DNA of 64,000 nucleotides, taken from the NCBI RefSeq assembly GCF_006345805.1, contig NC_042999.1:85808001-85872000 (forward strand), in the 5' to 3' direction. The translations under genes were made by a program, and so were the position numbers. The notes below the pieces were generated by a model. The model searched no databases, was not told the DNA's origin, and worked only from the letters and a program-made list of their open reading frames with translations. The DNA is from Octopus sinensis (Eukaryota). The first letter of the stretch is position 1; each line of letters begins with the position of its first letter. This document shows, piece after piece, positions 26,219-37,941 of the stretch.

Positions 26219-26362
26219 GCTGTCTGTCAAGTTTACACCATGGAAAAATTCATTGAAGCTATTGGTCAAATAAAAGAAAATTGCTTGGCATCAGTATTGA
26301 CTGATGTTTGTAAATTTTATTGTGTATTTAATATTGTGGAGAATATTGGTGATTTTTTACAA
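26219..26362 (+). CDS. ACOX1: ACOX1-like exon: AVCQVYTMEKFIEAIGQIKENCLASVLTDVCKFYCVFNIVENIGDFLQ
   Basis: Ends N.GDFLQ as in ACOX1; donor GTAAGT; 144 nt, phase 0 to 0. Confidence 0.9.
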
Positions 26363-27107
26363 GTAAGTTGGAAATTATTTTTATGATATAAATTTTTTTA
26401 TTATTTTTAACAATTCTGATAAAGTAGATCATTTCCTAATATAATTTTATTATCCATTGAAGTGAATACTAATTTTACAGAAATTCTTTTAATATAAAAC
26501 ACAAATTCTTGGATCGATAGAATATATTTCTGTCATTCAAGATCCACTGTTATATCATTGTTACCCATAACAGGCTAATTAATAAAGCATCAAACTTCTT
26601 GTTAATTATTCAATCAGTTTGGTATACCACTATTTAGTGCTTCTTAATTGCTGTCTAATTCTTTTCTAAGACAAAAGCATAGTGTTCTGGCACTAGATAA
26701 AGTGCTAACATTCAATCTAGCCATTTATTATGTAAAAGTTGAAAAAGGTGTGTCACAGAATATTTTTGTTGTTTTAAAATATGGTATTAAACATTTTTTT
26801 CCCAAGCTTTGCTACTGTCTTCAAATCCCTTCCACTACTTTTCTATAATGTTGATGTACAAAAAATTTCATGTAATATTTTGTTTTTAAAGACTGGCAGA
26901 ATCAGTTAAACAATGGACAAAATGTCCTGTGGTATTTTGCTATATACTTTAATGTTCTGAGTTGTAACAAGTAACAGGGTGAGCTAATCAACTGTGCTAC
27001 ACCAGTCTTCCAAATTTTTAAGGATGATATCCTTGTTAGAGATCAATGTTGTGTTTTTCCCACTCTCTACATGTCTTCCCAATTATATTTATACTATTTC
27101 TTTTCAG

Positions 27108-27314
27108 TTCAACCTTCTCACCCAAGAACAGATAAAATTACTGAAAACTGCAATGTATAATCAACTGTCCAAAATAAGGCCTAGTGCTGTAGCATTAGTA
27201 GATGCCTTCGATTTCTCTGACCGTTTGCTTCACAGTGCTCTTGGTCGTTATGATGGTCAAGTTTATCAAGCTCTTTATGACTATGCCAAACTTGCTCCAA
27301 TTAATTCAAAAGAA
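27108..27314 (+). CDS. ACOX1: ACOX1-like exon: FNLLTQEQIKLLKTAMYNQLSKIRPSAVALVDAFDFSDRLLHSALGRYDGQVYQALYDYAKLAPINSKE
   Basis: IRP.AVALVDAFDF.D..L.S.LGRYDG.VY C-terminal ACOX signature; tttcAG and GTAAGT; 207 nt. Confidence 0.95.
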
Positions 27315-28129
27315 GTAAGTGTATTTTGTAACATCATCACCATGGTTTAATTACATGTTCCATGCTGGTATGAGTTGGATAGTTTGACAGGATGGATCCA
27401 AATGGGTCCAAATACTGCATTCTTCTTCAATGTCTGCTTTGGCTTGGTGTCTACAGCTGGATACCTTTCTCATTGCCAACCACTTTACAGCATGTACTGG
27501 GGCTTTTTTTCAAAGTACCAGCAGTAGTGGGGGTGCCATACAGCCTGCTAGACTTAGAATCCTTTGTACTGAGTGGGGCTACAGAAGGGAGGAAGGTGGT
27601 TTTATGCTAGGGGACGAGGGAGTTAAGGTGGTCAGAACAGGCTTCTTGCTGTAAAGGAGCTACATGGTTACTAACGTTATATAAGAGAGGGTAAGAGTGG
27701 TGGGGTGATGCTAGAAAGAGATAAAGATAGTGGTGATGAGGTGTTAGGGTGGACCCTCAAATATGAGGTGGGTAGAAGTGAGTGGGGACAGGAGAGTAGG
27801 AAGTATGGGTGGTTAGAGGTTGCAAGCAAATATGAGAGATGGTTAGAAATAGAGGATGGGTAAGAGAATGAATATAATGAAGAACAAGTGTTGAGAGATG
27901 AGAAGTAGGGAAGAGGGGAAAAATAGGTGATAAAGGCATAGGTGACTAGGATATGAGGGAAAATGGTATGGACAATAGAAAGATGAGTGAGTGAGAGGGA
28001 TGTGTGACACAAGGGATGAGAGATAGAGGGATGAATGATGTGGGTGTTTGAGAGTTGGGAGAAGAAGCTTCATCAACAGAAGCAACATACTTTTGCACAA
28101 GTGGTTATAGGGCGTTGGTGGGGAGTAAA

Positions 28130-29050
28130 TTATTGCTAGTCAGTCAAATGACTTTCTTTTGGACATGGTCTTGAATGTTTGTCTCTAGCAGCAACACTCT
28201 CCTAGATATGTGATCAGTACTCCAATCTGGATCTTATTTGAGCATTGTTGAAGGTTAACAACTGATCTGGGCTGAAATATCACCATTCTCTAAAGAGAAA
28301 GTGAAATCTTTGGCATGTATGGTTTTGGCAATATGAGGTTTAATGTGAAAGATTTAAGAAATTGTGCACTTTCAATAACTTTGAAAGTTTAATAAGGCTT
28401 GAAAATTTAGAAATTGTAAAGTGAAGTAAAATAAGCAAAAGTTATTTCCAAAATAATGCGATGGTGGTGGTTATCTGACGATGGTAACGGCAAAGTTGAT
28501 GCTGATAATGATGAGAACTTCTGTAGGAAGAGAGAATATCTATCAACATGGAGTTTTGAATTCAATGCACTCTGATATCTTTCTACTATTGTTTCCACCA
28601 ACATAATTAACCAATTAAATAACTTAAATACCATGTGTTTATAGAAGCCTTTGTTTTTACTACTTGCTAGGGATGGAGGGAGGAGCAGTACCCATATCTT
28701 ATGCTGGCCCTCAGAGACTTCTGAGTTTGATACCATTAATGTTACATTTAAACTGTTGTGTGTCAACACCTGCAGAAAACGACATATGTAGAGATGACAC
28801 TCCAGAGGTCAGATGTTTTGGGGAAGAAGGACTTGGCATAATTGTTAAGTTAGAGACTGAAGGGTTGGACAATTTAAGGAGAGATAAGTGGATCAGCAGT
28901 GCCAGTGAGAGGAGATACAAGAGCAGCCAACTTTAAGAAACAAAGTGATTTGATGTCAGTAGCTATTCACTTGATATCTATGGGCTTAGCAACCTCATCA
29001 TCCCTGATCAAGACCTCAAATGAGCTTTGTAGCAATTGTTGGAGGTTAAA
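28130..29050 (-). mobile_element. Highly decayed non-LTR retrotransposon RT fragment
   Basis: Minus strand AQIRSRLEY*SHI...DHVQKK and DI..A.D...FLKL remnants; many stops. Confidence 0.55.
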
Positions 29051-29291
29051 ATAGCTGTAGTTTCTTAAAATAAATTAACATTACCGTACTCTCAACTAAG
29101 TTTCATTCCTGTTATTTTTAACTTGTAAAAATCCCCTCATTGCTTTCTTAGAAGTTAAAATGTTTTGTTTGTTTCATAGAAACTGATTTCGTTTTGTTTG
29201 AATTTATTACTTTGTAAAATAAATGTTTTTCATCTTTTATACATTTATTTAAAACTATATATATATATATATATCGTTTTTGTTTTCTCAG

Positions 29292-29360
29292 GTACATGAC
29301 AGCTGCAAGGAACATCTGCTTCCATTTCTCAAAGAGCAGAGATTGAAAGCTCAATTATAA
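29292..29360 (+). CDS. ACOX1: ACOX1-like terminal exon: VHDSCKEHLLPFLKEQRLKAQL*
   Basis: VH.S...HL pattern of the ACOX1 last exon; acceptor ttctcAG; TAA at 29358..29360; PTS1-like AQL. Confidence 0.9.
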   Translation, partial: VHDSCKEHLLPFLKEQRLKAQL

Positions 29361-29876
29361 AGGAAAATTTTAGATTTTAATCTTTACAAAATTATAATTC
29401 CTCTAGACTTTGTCTACTCATTCACCTGGTGCTATAGAATCTGTTTCATAAAAATACTGCATACAGTACATATTTTCATTGTTATATTTCTGGTTTCCTC
29501 ACGGATTTGTTAATGAAGAAAATTTTTTTGAACTGTTCTTTCAATGGAAAGATTTTCTATGAAACGCCAACACTTATATGTTGGCTTTTCATTGACCATT
29601 AACTTTAAGAAAGTTTAGTACTTTTGCAGTGGAATGAATGAAACTGATTATAACTATTTTAATTGATTTCAAATTATTTCCATGATTGTAATTAATTTCT
29701 TCATCGAATTTAATCATATTATTCAAATTAAAATTTACAAAACCATATTTAAAAAATATAATTGCTTAGATACATGTTAATTTCATCATACAAAACCAAT
29801 ATTTGATCAGAACAATTGGGAGCAACTTGAAATTGAAATAATTTCATCGAATTCAAAGACACCCTATAATTAATAG

Positions 29877-29899
29877 AATAAACATAATTAATTAATAAA
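29877..29899 (+). terminator. Candidate polyadenylation signals of the ACOX gene
   Basis: AATAAA at 29877 and 29894, ~520 nt after the stop, followed by T-rich sequence and then repeats. Confidence 0.45.
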
Positions 29900-29926
29900 A
29901 AAAGTTTTATTTTTACATTTGTAACT

Positions 29927-30333
29927 CTTACTCTTACTTGTTTCAGTCATTTGACTGTGGCCATGCTGGAGCACCGCCTTTAGTCGAGCAAATCGACCCA
30001 GGACTTATTCTTTGTAAGCCTAGTACTTATTCTATCGGCCTCTTTTACTGAACCGCTAAGTTATGGGGACGTAAACACACCAGCATCGGTTGTCAAGCGA
30101 TGTTGGGGGGGGGGGTGACAAACACAAACATGCAAACATATACACACACACACACACATATATATATACATATATACAACGGGCTTCTTTCAGTTTCCGT
30201 CTACCAGATCCACACACAAGGCTTTGGTTGGTCCGAGGCTATAGTATAAGACACTTGCCCAAGATGCCACGCAGTGGGACTGAACCCGGAACCATATGGT
30301 TCGTAAGCAAGCTACATACCACACAGCCACTCC
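29927..30333 (-). mobile_element. tRNA-derived SINE, family A, full length
   Basis: Head ggagtggctgtgtggta (A box), ggttccgggttcagtccc (B box), cttgggcaagtgtc, central (TA/CA) tract and 3' tail. Confidence 0.85.
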
Positions 30334-30379
30334 TATGCCTATGTAAGTACATATAAAACAAATAACAGTAATAATAATA

Positions 30380-30590
30380 ATAGTTTCAAATTTTGGCACA
30401 ATGTTAGCAGTTTTGTAGCAAGGCAGTAACTTGATTACATAGACTCCAGTGCTCAACTAGTACATATTTTGTTGACCCTGAAAGGACAAAAGTCATAGTC
30501 AACCTTGGAAGCATTGAAACTCAGAATGTAAAGCCAGAAGAAACACCACTAAGGATTTTGTCTAATATGCTAACAATTCTAGTTCACTAC
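30380..30590 (-). mobile_element. SINE-like repeat, family C (another copy ~37085..37255)
   Basis: Shared gattaca.. / gaactca(g/a)aa(t/c)gtaaag..atgctaa..attct blocks in both copies. Confidence 0.5.
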
Positions 30591-31559
30591 CTTTACTACT
30601 AGTTCACTACTACTACTACTTGAAGATCTTCTCGGTTTGAACGGCAGTTTTTTCTAGCGGTGTCATATGAAATTGTCACCCATAATTATGACCCTAGTAT
30701 TGATCTATTGCATTTCAATCTGTTTTAGGGTTAGGGGTGGGGAGAAGGGTATCTTTTTCCTTCACAAATGTAAATAAACCCAATCTGTTTCTTAAACGAG
30801 GGACATATTCATATGGCACAGAATGTATTTTACCTCAATAGATGTCAGTGATTGGTTGAAATTGCAGAAAAAAACAACAAGTATCTTACAAACTATAGAA
30901 TTTTCTCAGTAAAGCCAAGAGAAAAAGATGTTTTATAAACACATTCTTGATAACTAGTGTTGCTTTGTTTATGTCACTATAAACTTAGTGGTTTGACAAA
31001 AGAAGTTGATGCAATAAGTATCAGACTTAAAAGATAAGTATTGGAGTGATTTGTTTGACTGAACCATTCGAAGCAGTGCCCCAACATAGCTGCAGCCCAT
31101 TGACAGAAACAAGTAAGAGATAAAATGGTATTATGCAAAGTCAGAGCAAATAACCAAATGTTTCTCACTTGTACGCATTGTGTTGCTCATATACCACTGT
31201 CCAGTGACCATACACATTGCTATATAAAAAAACAAATCATGTAAGAGACTTGCCATGTCTGAAAGCATCCATTGTTATAAAATTTTGAGTCTTGATTAAG
31301 TAATATGCTAATAAAAGTTACAATAAAAAACATAAATAAAATATTTTTTGTTAATTATTCAAGAAAATAAAATGTTTTTGCCATCATGCCACTTAGAATT
31401 AATTACGGGGATATGTTAACATTTATTTCCTGTTTATTTTACACCTGTTTCAGAAATATCTGATATATTGACAATCCTATTTTTCTATGCCAATAAATAT
31501 TTTTGTATTTAAACCATGGTGATGATGTTACAAAATACAGTATTTTGTTTTACTGTCAC

Positions 31560-32239
31560 TACAATGAGATGGGTGGAATCTCATGAAATTGGAAAAACAA
31601 ACAACAAATGGGTTGTACCTTATAATGAAAGTCTTTTAAAAACATTCAAATGCCACTGCAATGTTGAAATTGTTGTTACATCATCAAGTACATGCTGTAT
31701 GGAAATGACCAAGCTGCTGTTCAAATAAACAGTGATAACGAAATTAGTCAATGGGCAGGTATATTGGACCATCCAAAACAGTTTCATCCATTTTAGGATT
31801 TTCAATTCATGAAAGAGTACCTGCAATAGTGAGACCGCAAGTTCATCTACCAGATGAACAAAGAATATTACTCAGAAATTATGAGGATACATATGGTTGT
31901 CAATGAACAATATTAACAGAATTCTTTTCATTGTGCATCAATGATGACTTTGCAAAAATATTACTTAATGTTGAAGTACCCGTTTATTTGACTTGAAACA
32001 GTAGTAACAAAGAATGGCAAAGAAGAAAGTAAGGAAAAAATGTTGAAGGCCATTTGAATGTTTTTGAAGAAGAAACACTTGGTCATTTTTATATTGTCAC
32101 ACCAAAGACAGGAGAACTGTGTTATTTGAGAATTTTATTGTACAAACTTCGAAATAGTATTTTTTTCCTTTACTGCTGCACATCAACATTTTCAACTTGG
32201 AGTGGTTGTGACCCAGTGGGTCACGGCAGGAGCATCTAG
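31560..32239 (+). mobile_element. Decayed Helitron: Rep fragment and 3' terminus
   Basis: NKWVVPYN..LLK.F.CH.NVEI, VHLPDEQ, W.RRK and Y.V.P..GE..YLRILL Rep motifs; hairpin gtgaccc-agt-gggtcac (32208-24), then CTAG|T at 32236-40. Confidence 0.8.
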
Positions 32240-33233
32240 TATCTTCTAATATAATAAAACGCTAAGTGTTGCCCCTGTTGGCCATGCTGTACCTGTAGGG
32301 AAAGAAAACTAAAACAACAGATGAAGTGGGAGTATGTGGCAGTGAGAGATATTACTGCAGGTGGACAACATTTAAACACTTTGCTCCAAAGACACTAGGG
32401 AAAGAAAAGTAAAACAACAAACGGAGTGGTAGTGAGTCAGAGGTGGCAAACTGTAGTGAGCTCTGAAATAAACAGTATTTAAATGAAAATGAAATAAAAT
32501 TTTCATTGTAAATTCATCATCATCATCATCATTTAACGTCCATTTTCCATGCTGGCATGGGTTGGACACTTTGACTGAGGACTGGAGAGCCAGTGGCTGC
32601 ACCAGGCTCCAATCTGATCTGGCAATGTTTCTACAGCTGGATGCCCTTTCTAATGCCAACCATTCCAAGAGTGTAGTGGGTACTTTTTACATGCCACCAG
32701 CACAGGAGCCAGTAAGGCAGGCCTGGCATCGATCATTTTGGATAGTGGTTTTTATGTACCACCGGCATGGGAGCCAGTCTGGGGGCACAGGTATTGGCCA
32801 TGTTCAGATGGTGCTTTTTATGTGCCACTGGCAAGGGAGCCAGTCAGGCACACCTGGCATCAACCCCGTTGGGTTCAGCTACTCTGCATTGATAAAGGGC
32901 AAATACCCTGAAACATGTCTGCAGATGCCTGACCAGCGAGGGGAAGTGGCTAACCTCCCCTGTTCGAAGGTTATAATGGACACAGGTTTGTGGGTCATAT
33001 AGCTAGCTAGAGGCGATGGTTTCTTGGAGCTAATTAGCGGAAGCTTTCGTTCTATATTTATGGACTGCCATATTAGCTTGACGATAACTGTTAATATATA
33101 TATACATATATATATGCACATTTATACATATATACACACACATATATATATAAATATATATTTCATTTTTAGATTTGATTTGCAAGATTCTTTATATGAG
33201 TTCATGTATTGAAGCATATTCTGTTGTGTCTGG

Positions 33234-33462
33234 GGAGAGTAATTTTCTTTTTGTGCTTTATAATTTAACGTACTCGCTGGTAAAATTTCCAATTATTTTT
33301 TATTTTTAGTTTCCTAAAATTTTCATTGCATATTGCAACCTTTAAAATAGTCTAAGACTATTGAAAAGGTTGTAAATGTTAGGAAACTAAAAATAAAAAA
33401 TAATTGGAAATTTTACCGGCGAGTGCGTTAAATTATAAGGCACAAAAAGAAAATGACTCTCC
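33234..33462. repeat. Fold-back inverted repeat (~85-bp arms plus inner hairpin)
   Basis: ggagagtaattttctttttgtgc...ttcctaa versus ttaggaa...gcacaaaaagaaaatgactctcc; centre aatagtc-taa-gactatt. Confidence 0.85.
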
Positions 33463-33879
33463 ATTCTTTTTGACCCAGGTTGATGTGTCAGAAAAGAGCA
33501 GAGTCTATTACTCTCACTTTTATTAACCTGTATCCTCCTTTCATTCCTTTTTTTCCTATTCAGTTTTATTAACAATTAACATGTAATTTCTTAACTCTAT
33601 CTATCTTCTGTTGATTGATCAATGGCAGTTCTTCATGTTTGAAGGAATAGCTACTTACATGCAGGGTTGAGGTTGCAACTACCAGTACCATCAAGTACCT
33701 GTCATAAGGCTTTTCTACCTGCTCTTAGTTTTAAAGTAAGCGTAAGTAGGTGCAATTTGATCTTGCTCTTTAGAACTTGGAGGTCTGACCACTGTGGTTC
33801 AGCGGACTAAGACAACTGCAGTGACCAACAAGTTGTAAGTTTTACATTGGAGTAGTTTTTCTCCTTGGTGTATTACCTT

Positions 33880-34443
33880 ACCGGGCTGCAAATATTTTCC
33901 CCACGAGAGTTCTGGACCCCAGTAATGAACTCATTTGCATACAGCCAATCAGAGTTCACCTTGACCTTGTTATCAAGTTAACAAACACACTCTACCAAGT
34001 AAACTCAAGATGAAAAATGGTGTTGTAAGTCCACCGATCACCAAGTTATGCTTCATTTTAGAAGGAGACAAGTAATTAGATAGATTTTCATCTATACCTA
34101 TTATTGGAGTTTGTTAGGGCCCCATATGTAAAGATGTGGATGAGAAAAAAATCTGGGTAGAGGGTGATGTGCTAACAACCCTCTCCCCTTATTGCTTTAC
34201 AAAGTAAACAACAACACAAATATCTAAGCAGAGTCAGCCATGGTTGAAACAAGAACAAAAACAAACAAGCATTCTCAGAAGAGAAAAGAAGTATAGTTAT
34301 TCCTTACCCAAGTGACCTTATCTTATCGCCCATCACTTGTTATGTTCTCATAAATTACTTTGATAGTTGAGCTGATTGGCTGTATGCAAATGAGTTCCTA
34401 AATAGGGTCCGGAACTCTCGTGGGAAAAAAATTTGCCTCCAGG
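33880..34443. mobile_element. MITE-like element with ~65-bp TIRs
   Basis: cccacgagagttctggaccc..gaactcatttgcatacagccaatcag versus ctgattggctgtatgcaaatgagttc..gggtccggaactctcgtggg. Confidence 0.7.
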
Positions 34444-36110
34444 ACATTACTCTCTTCCATATTACACTCTTGCATCTATCTCTGCTTTACCTCTCTCATC
34501 CACTTACCCTTGTTCTCTTGTTCTCATCAGTCTTTCTTCTATCCACCCCATTGACCACATTTGGCTTGAAAAACAAAAAACAACATAGAGTAGAAAGGAC
34601 TCTTTAATCTCACAGGGAATAAGGCATGTTCTTTAATGTTGGTATCATGATAAAATGTATCGTACACTCTGCTAAGTAGGTGGTGCTAGGAATGGAGACA
34701 ATGTAGGGTAGACAACTTCTCTAGTGCTTGCATTATGATAACATGCATCCAACACATTCATGTAACGGCATCCAGCTATAGAAACCATGCCTCAGACTCA
34801 TCAAATTCCAAATAAGTACTGACTTGAGAATTGGCTAACCCTTACCAGCATGGTAAGCAGACGGAAGATGATGGTAGTGGTGGTGGCGCTGATAATGAGG
34901 GTGACGATGGTGAAAGGTTTTGCTAAAGCTCGCTTTTCAAACAGTTTTGAGAGCCAGTTTTGTTGCATGGTTTCACATATAATTAAAAATTCTGCATTTA
35001 TTTACATATGCAAGCATACAAGCTGTCTGCTTCCATGCATCAATGAATATACTTGCACAGGTAGATATAAGTATATGCACGCACGGTGCATGTCCATGCT
35101 GTATGTATGTGCATTTAAACCTCTGCATACTGTGTATCTTTGTATGTGCATCTATGCTGTGTATTTACACTGATATATGCACACAATATATGTGCTTATC
35201 TGCCTACATGTCTGCATGCATATCGGTGTTTTACAATGCGCGTGAGTGTGTGTAATTTTAGTACATCTGTATGAATCCACCCCCACCCCCGCCAATACAC
35301 CCTACTACGCTAACTTCAGTCTTCCAGTCCAGCATTAGCATGCCCTCTATTTCAGCTAAGAAGAGAATGAAAGAAAAAGAAAACTTCACAAATCTATCTA
35401 CCTCCCCACTCTGCATCATTCAGTAACCCTAATTGACCTACTTAAGTCGACAAAAATTCTTTTCAACCTCACCTTAAAAATCCTTCTCCTAAAGTACAAT
35501 TTTTTTGCCTTTCCCCTTCCTTATAAACAGCCTAACCCAAATTGACACACAAACGCAATAAAAAAATAAAAACAAAACAGAAACCTGACCACACTAATTC
35601 ATGTCACGACCTTGACATCTCCAAGACAAATGCATTGTTTAATAATACCCTATTCGTTTGTCAGTTCTTCAATATTCTGAAGATTCTCATACCAGGATTA
35701 AATCACTGGTATTTAAGGCATGCAATTCCCACAATAAATATTTATTCATTAACAATGAAGAAAACGAACAATAAGTAATAAAATTGGGTAAAAAGGACAC
35801 AATTTTTACAGACTATTACAGGAAATACTGAAACAGATATTTCCATCTGAAAAGTTTTCAAGTCAATGTAAAACTCACAGTAAAATAGCAATGAGGTAAC
35901 TAAGGATGAGGTATGAAACAGATAAGTATAAATACGAGCATCACCTGATACTTTGATATGACAAGACACACCAATGGTGAGAAAAGCTTCGTTGTCATTC
36001 TCGAATATCATGGTTTAGCAAATTACATCTGACGAAGCATTCCCATTACTAAATTACTTCTGCTAATAGACGTAACAAAATTTTACGAGAAAGTTAATCC
36101 ACCTAATCCT

Positions 36111-36878
36111 GGCGGAGGTAAAGATCATAGCTCGCACCCCTTTGGGATTTTTTTTTACAGGAACACACTATATCGAAGGCGGAGATTCCGAATCTGCAAA
36201 AACAAAATCCGCATTTCAAAATTTAACCCCCTCCCCTACCAATTTCTTAAATTTTCACTTTAAAAAAAATTCTTTTGGGCGAAATACGCAGAAAAATACG
36301 GAGTTTATGAATTTGAAAAACAAATTTGTAAAATTTCAATTTTTCAAAAAAATAAACACCCCCTCCCATCCGCCCCTATGACAAGAAGTGAAATTAAAGT
36401 GTTTTCTCTGCTAATGTTTCACGCATGCATAGAATTATAAAATAGCAGACGCAAAAGGTATCCAAACAGAAAACCTGACACGCTAGAAATACTTTTTCAA
36501 AATTTTAATACGAATTACCAAAGAAGAAAAAATTTCAGAACTGAACCCCCCACCCAATTTCTTCATTTTGGGCGAAATATGTAGAAAAATACGGAGATCA
36601 TGATTCTAAAAAAATTATTGGTAAAATTTCAATTTTTCAAACACCCCTCCCCTCCATCCTATGACAGAAAGTGAAATTTCCCCCATCCCCTTTTTTTCCT
36701 TTGCTAGATCTTTGGGGAGGGGGGTTTCAAAATGGGGTGAGGGGAAATAAAAAAAAATTTTTAATGCTTTTTTTCTTTTTTGCAGATTCGGAATCTCCGC
36801 CATCGATATAGTGTTCTCCCGTACAAAAAAAAAAAAAAAATCCCAAAGGGGATGCGGTCCATGATCTTTACCTCAACC
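36111..36878. mobile_element. Mutator-like (MULE) MITE
   Basis: ~90-bp TIRs starting GGCGGAGGTAAAGATCAT and GGTTGAGGTAAAGATCAT; 9-bp TSD cctaatcct (36102-10) / cctaatccc (36879-87); internal ~150-bp direct repeat. Confidence 0.85.
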
Positions 36879-37330
36879 CCTAATCCCTATTATTGTTAAA
36901 GTGACATTATAATTTAGTGAGAAATCTATATAAAGTTTGTAGATTAAAATTTGTCAGTTATATAACCTCCTGCTGAAGGTTATGTTGTATATACCTTTAT
37001 CAATGCAAACATTTTAGTTAAGGTACAAATCTGGGATACAGTTCCCTATTTCAATACATATTCTGTCGGTTTAATATAGTAATTTTTTCTACTAAAAGCA
37101 CAACAAATTCCTTCTACTACAGGTACAAAGGTCTGAAATTTTGAGAAAGTGGGGGGCTAGTCGATTACAACTTTTTCACGGCAGAATCTGAACTCAAAAC
37201 GTAAAGACAGACGTTAGCCCGGCATGCTAATGATTCTGCCTGCTCACTGCCTTGGTTTAATGTAATTATAAAGCTTATTCAAAGTCGAGGTCCTTCCCAT
37301 AGGGAAGACCCAACAAAGGTCCCATACATA

Positions 37331-37550
37331 CCGGAAATAAAATTTTAACCGGAAATACCGGTAGAATGCTGGGATCGTTGTTAATGTCAGTTACTGTGTT
37401 TATCTCAAGAAATAGGTTCCTTGTGTTTATTTTTATTTCACAAATATTTTATATTTTCTTTGCCGTACGTGTCTACACTGACTTTATTATTTTGGTCAGC
37501 GCAAACCTAATTAAGTGATATTTGCATATTTAAAAGTTTACCTCACAAAG
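37331..37550 (+). promoter_or_regulatory. Putative promoter and non-coding first exon of the TspO-like gene
   Basis: Two ETS-type CCGGAA motifs (37331, 37349), local CpG retention and a consensus donor AAG|GTAAGT at 37550/37551; linkage to the 45121 acceptor is inferred. Confidence 0.5.
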
Positions 37551-37838
37551 GTAAGTTATGTGCAAGCACTTTAAAAAAAAATTTCATGTGAATTTTCTTG
37601 CTTGTAACATCTTTCACATTTAAATGTAACACGGTTAACTGTCATATATGTTGCAATTGTTCTGTTTATGTAAGATATACAAAATTTGATTTTAGCTTTG
37701 GTATGGTGCAAAAGTTTTCAGTTTTACAAAGGTAAATAACTATAGAAAAACAGTAGGTATTTGTTAACTTTAGAATGTTAAAACTTTATATTATGTCTTA
37801 TTTAAAAAACAAATAAAAAAAACACGTCCACAGAAATT

Positions 37839-37941
37839 GGTGGAGGTAAAGAATACGTACACCACCGGCTTTCGGCGTAACAAAAACCCGAACTCTAAAA
37901 CTAGTCCTAAACCTCGAGTGTACGTATTCTTTACCTTTGCC
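37839..37941. mobile_element. Miniature MITE related to the 36111 element
   Basis: 24-bp TIRs ggtggaggtaaagaatacgtacac / gtgtacgtattctttacctttgcc; no clear TSD. Confidence 0.65.

Noticed and set aside
30724-30742. ttagggttagggg as interstitial telomere
   Set aside because: Only two units, inside what looks like a dispersed repeat.
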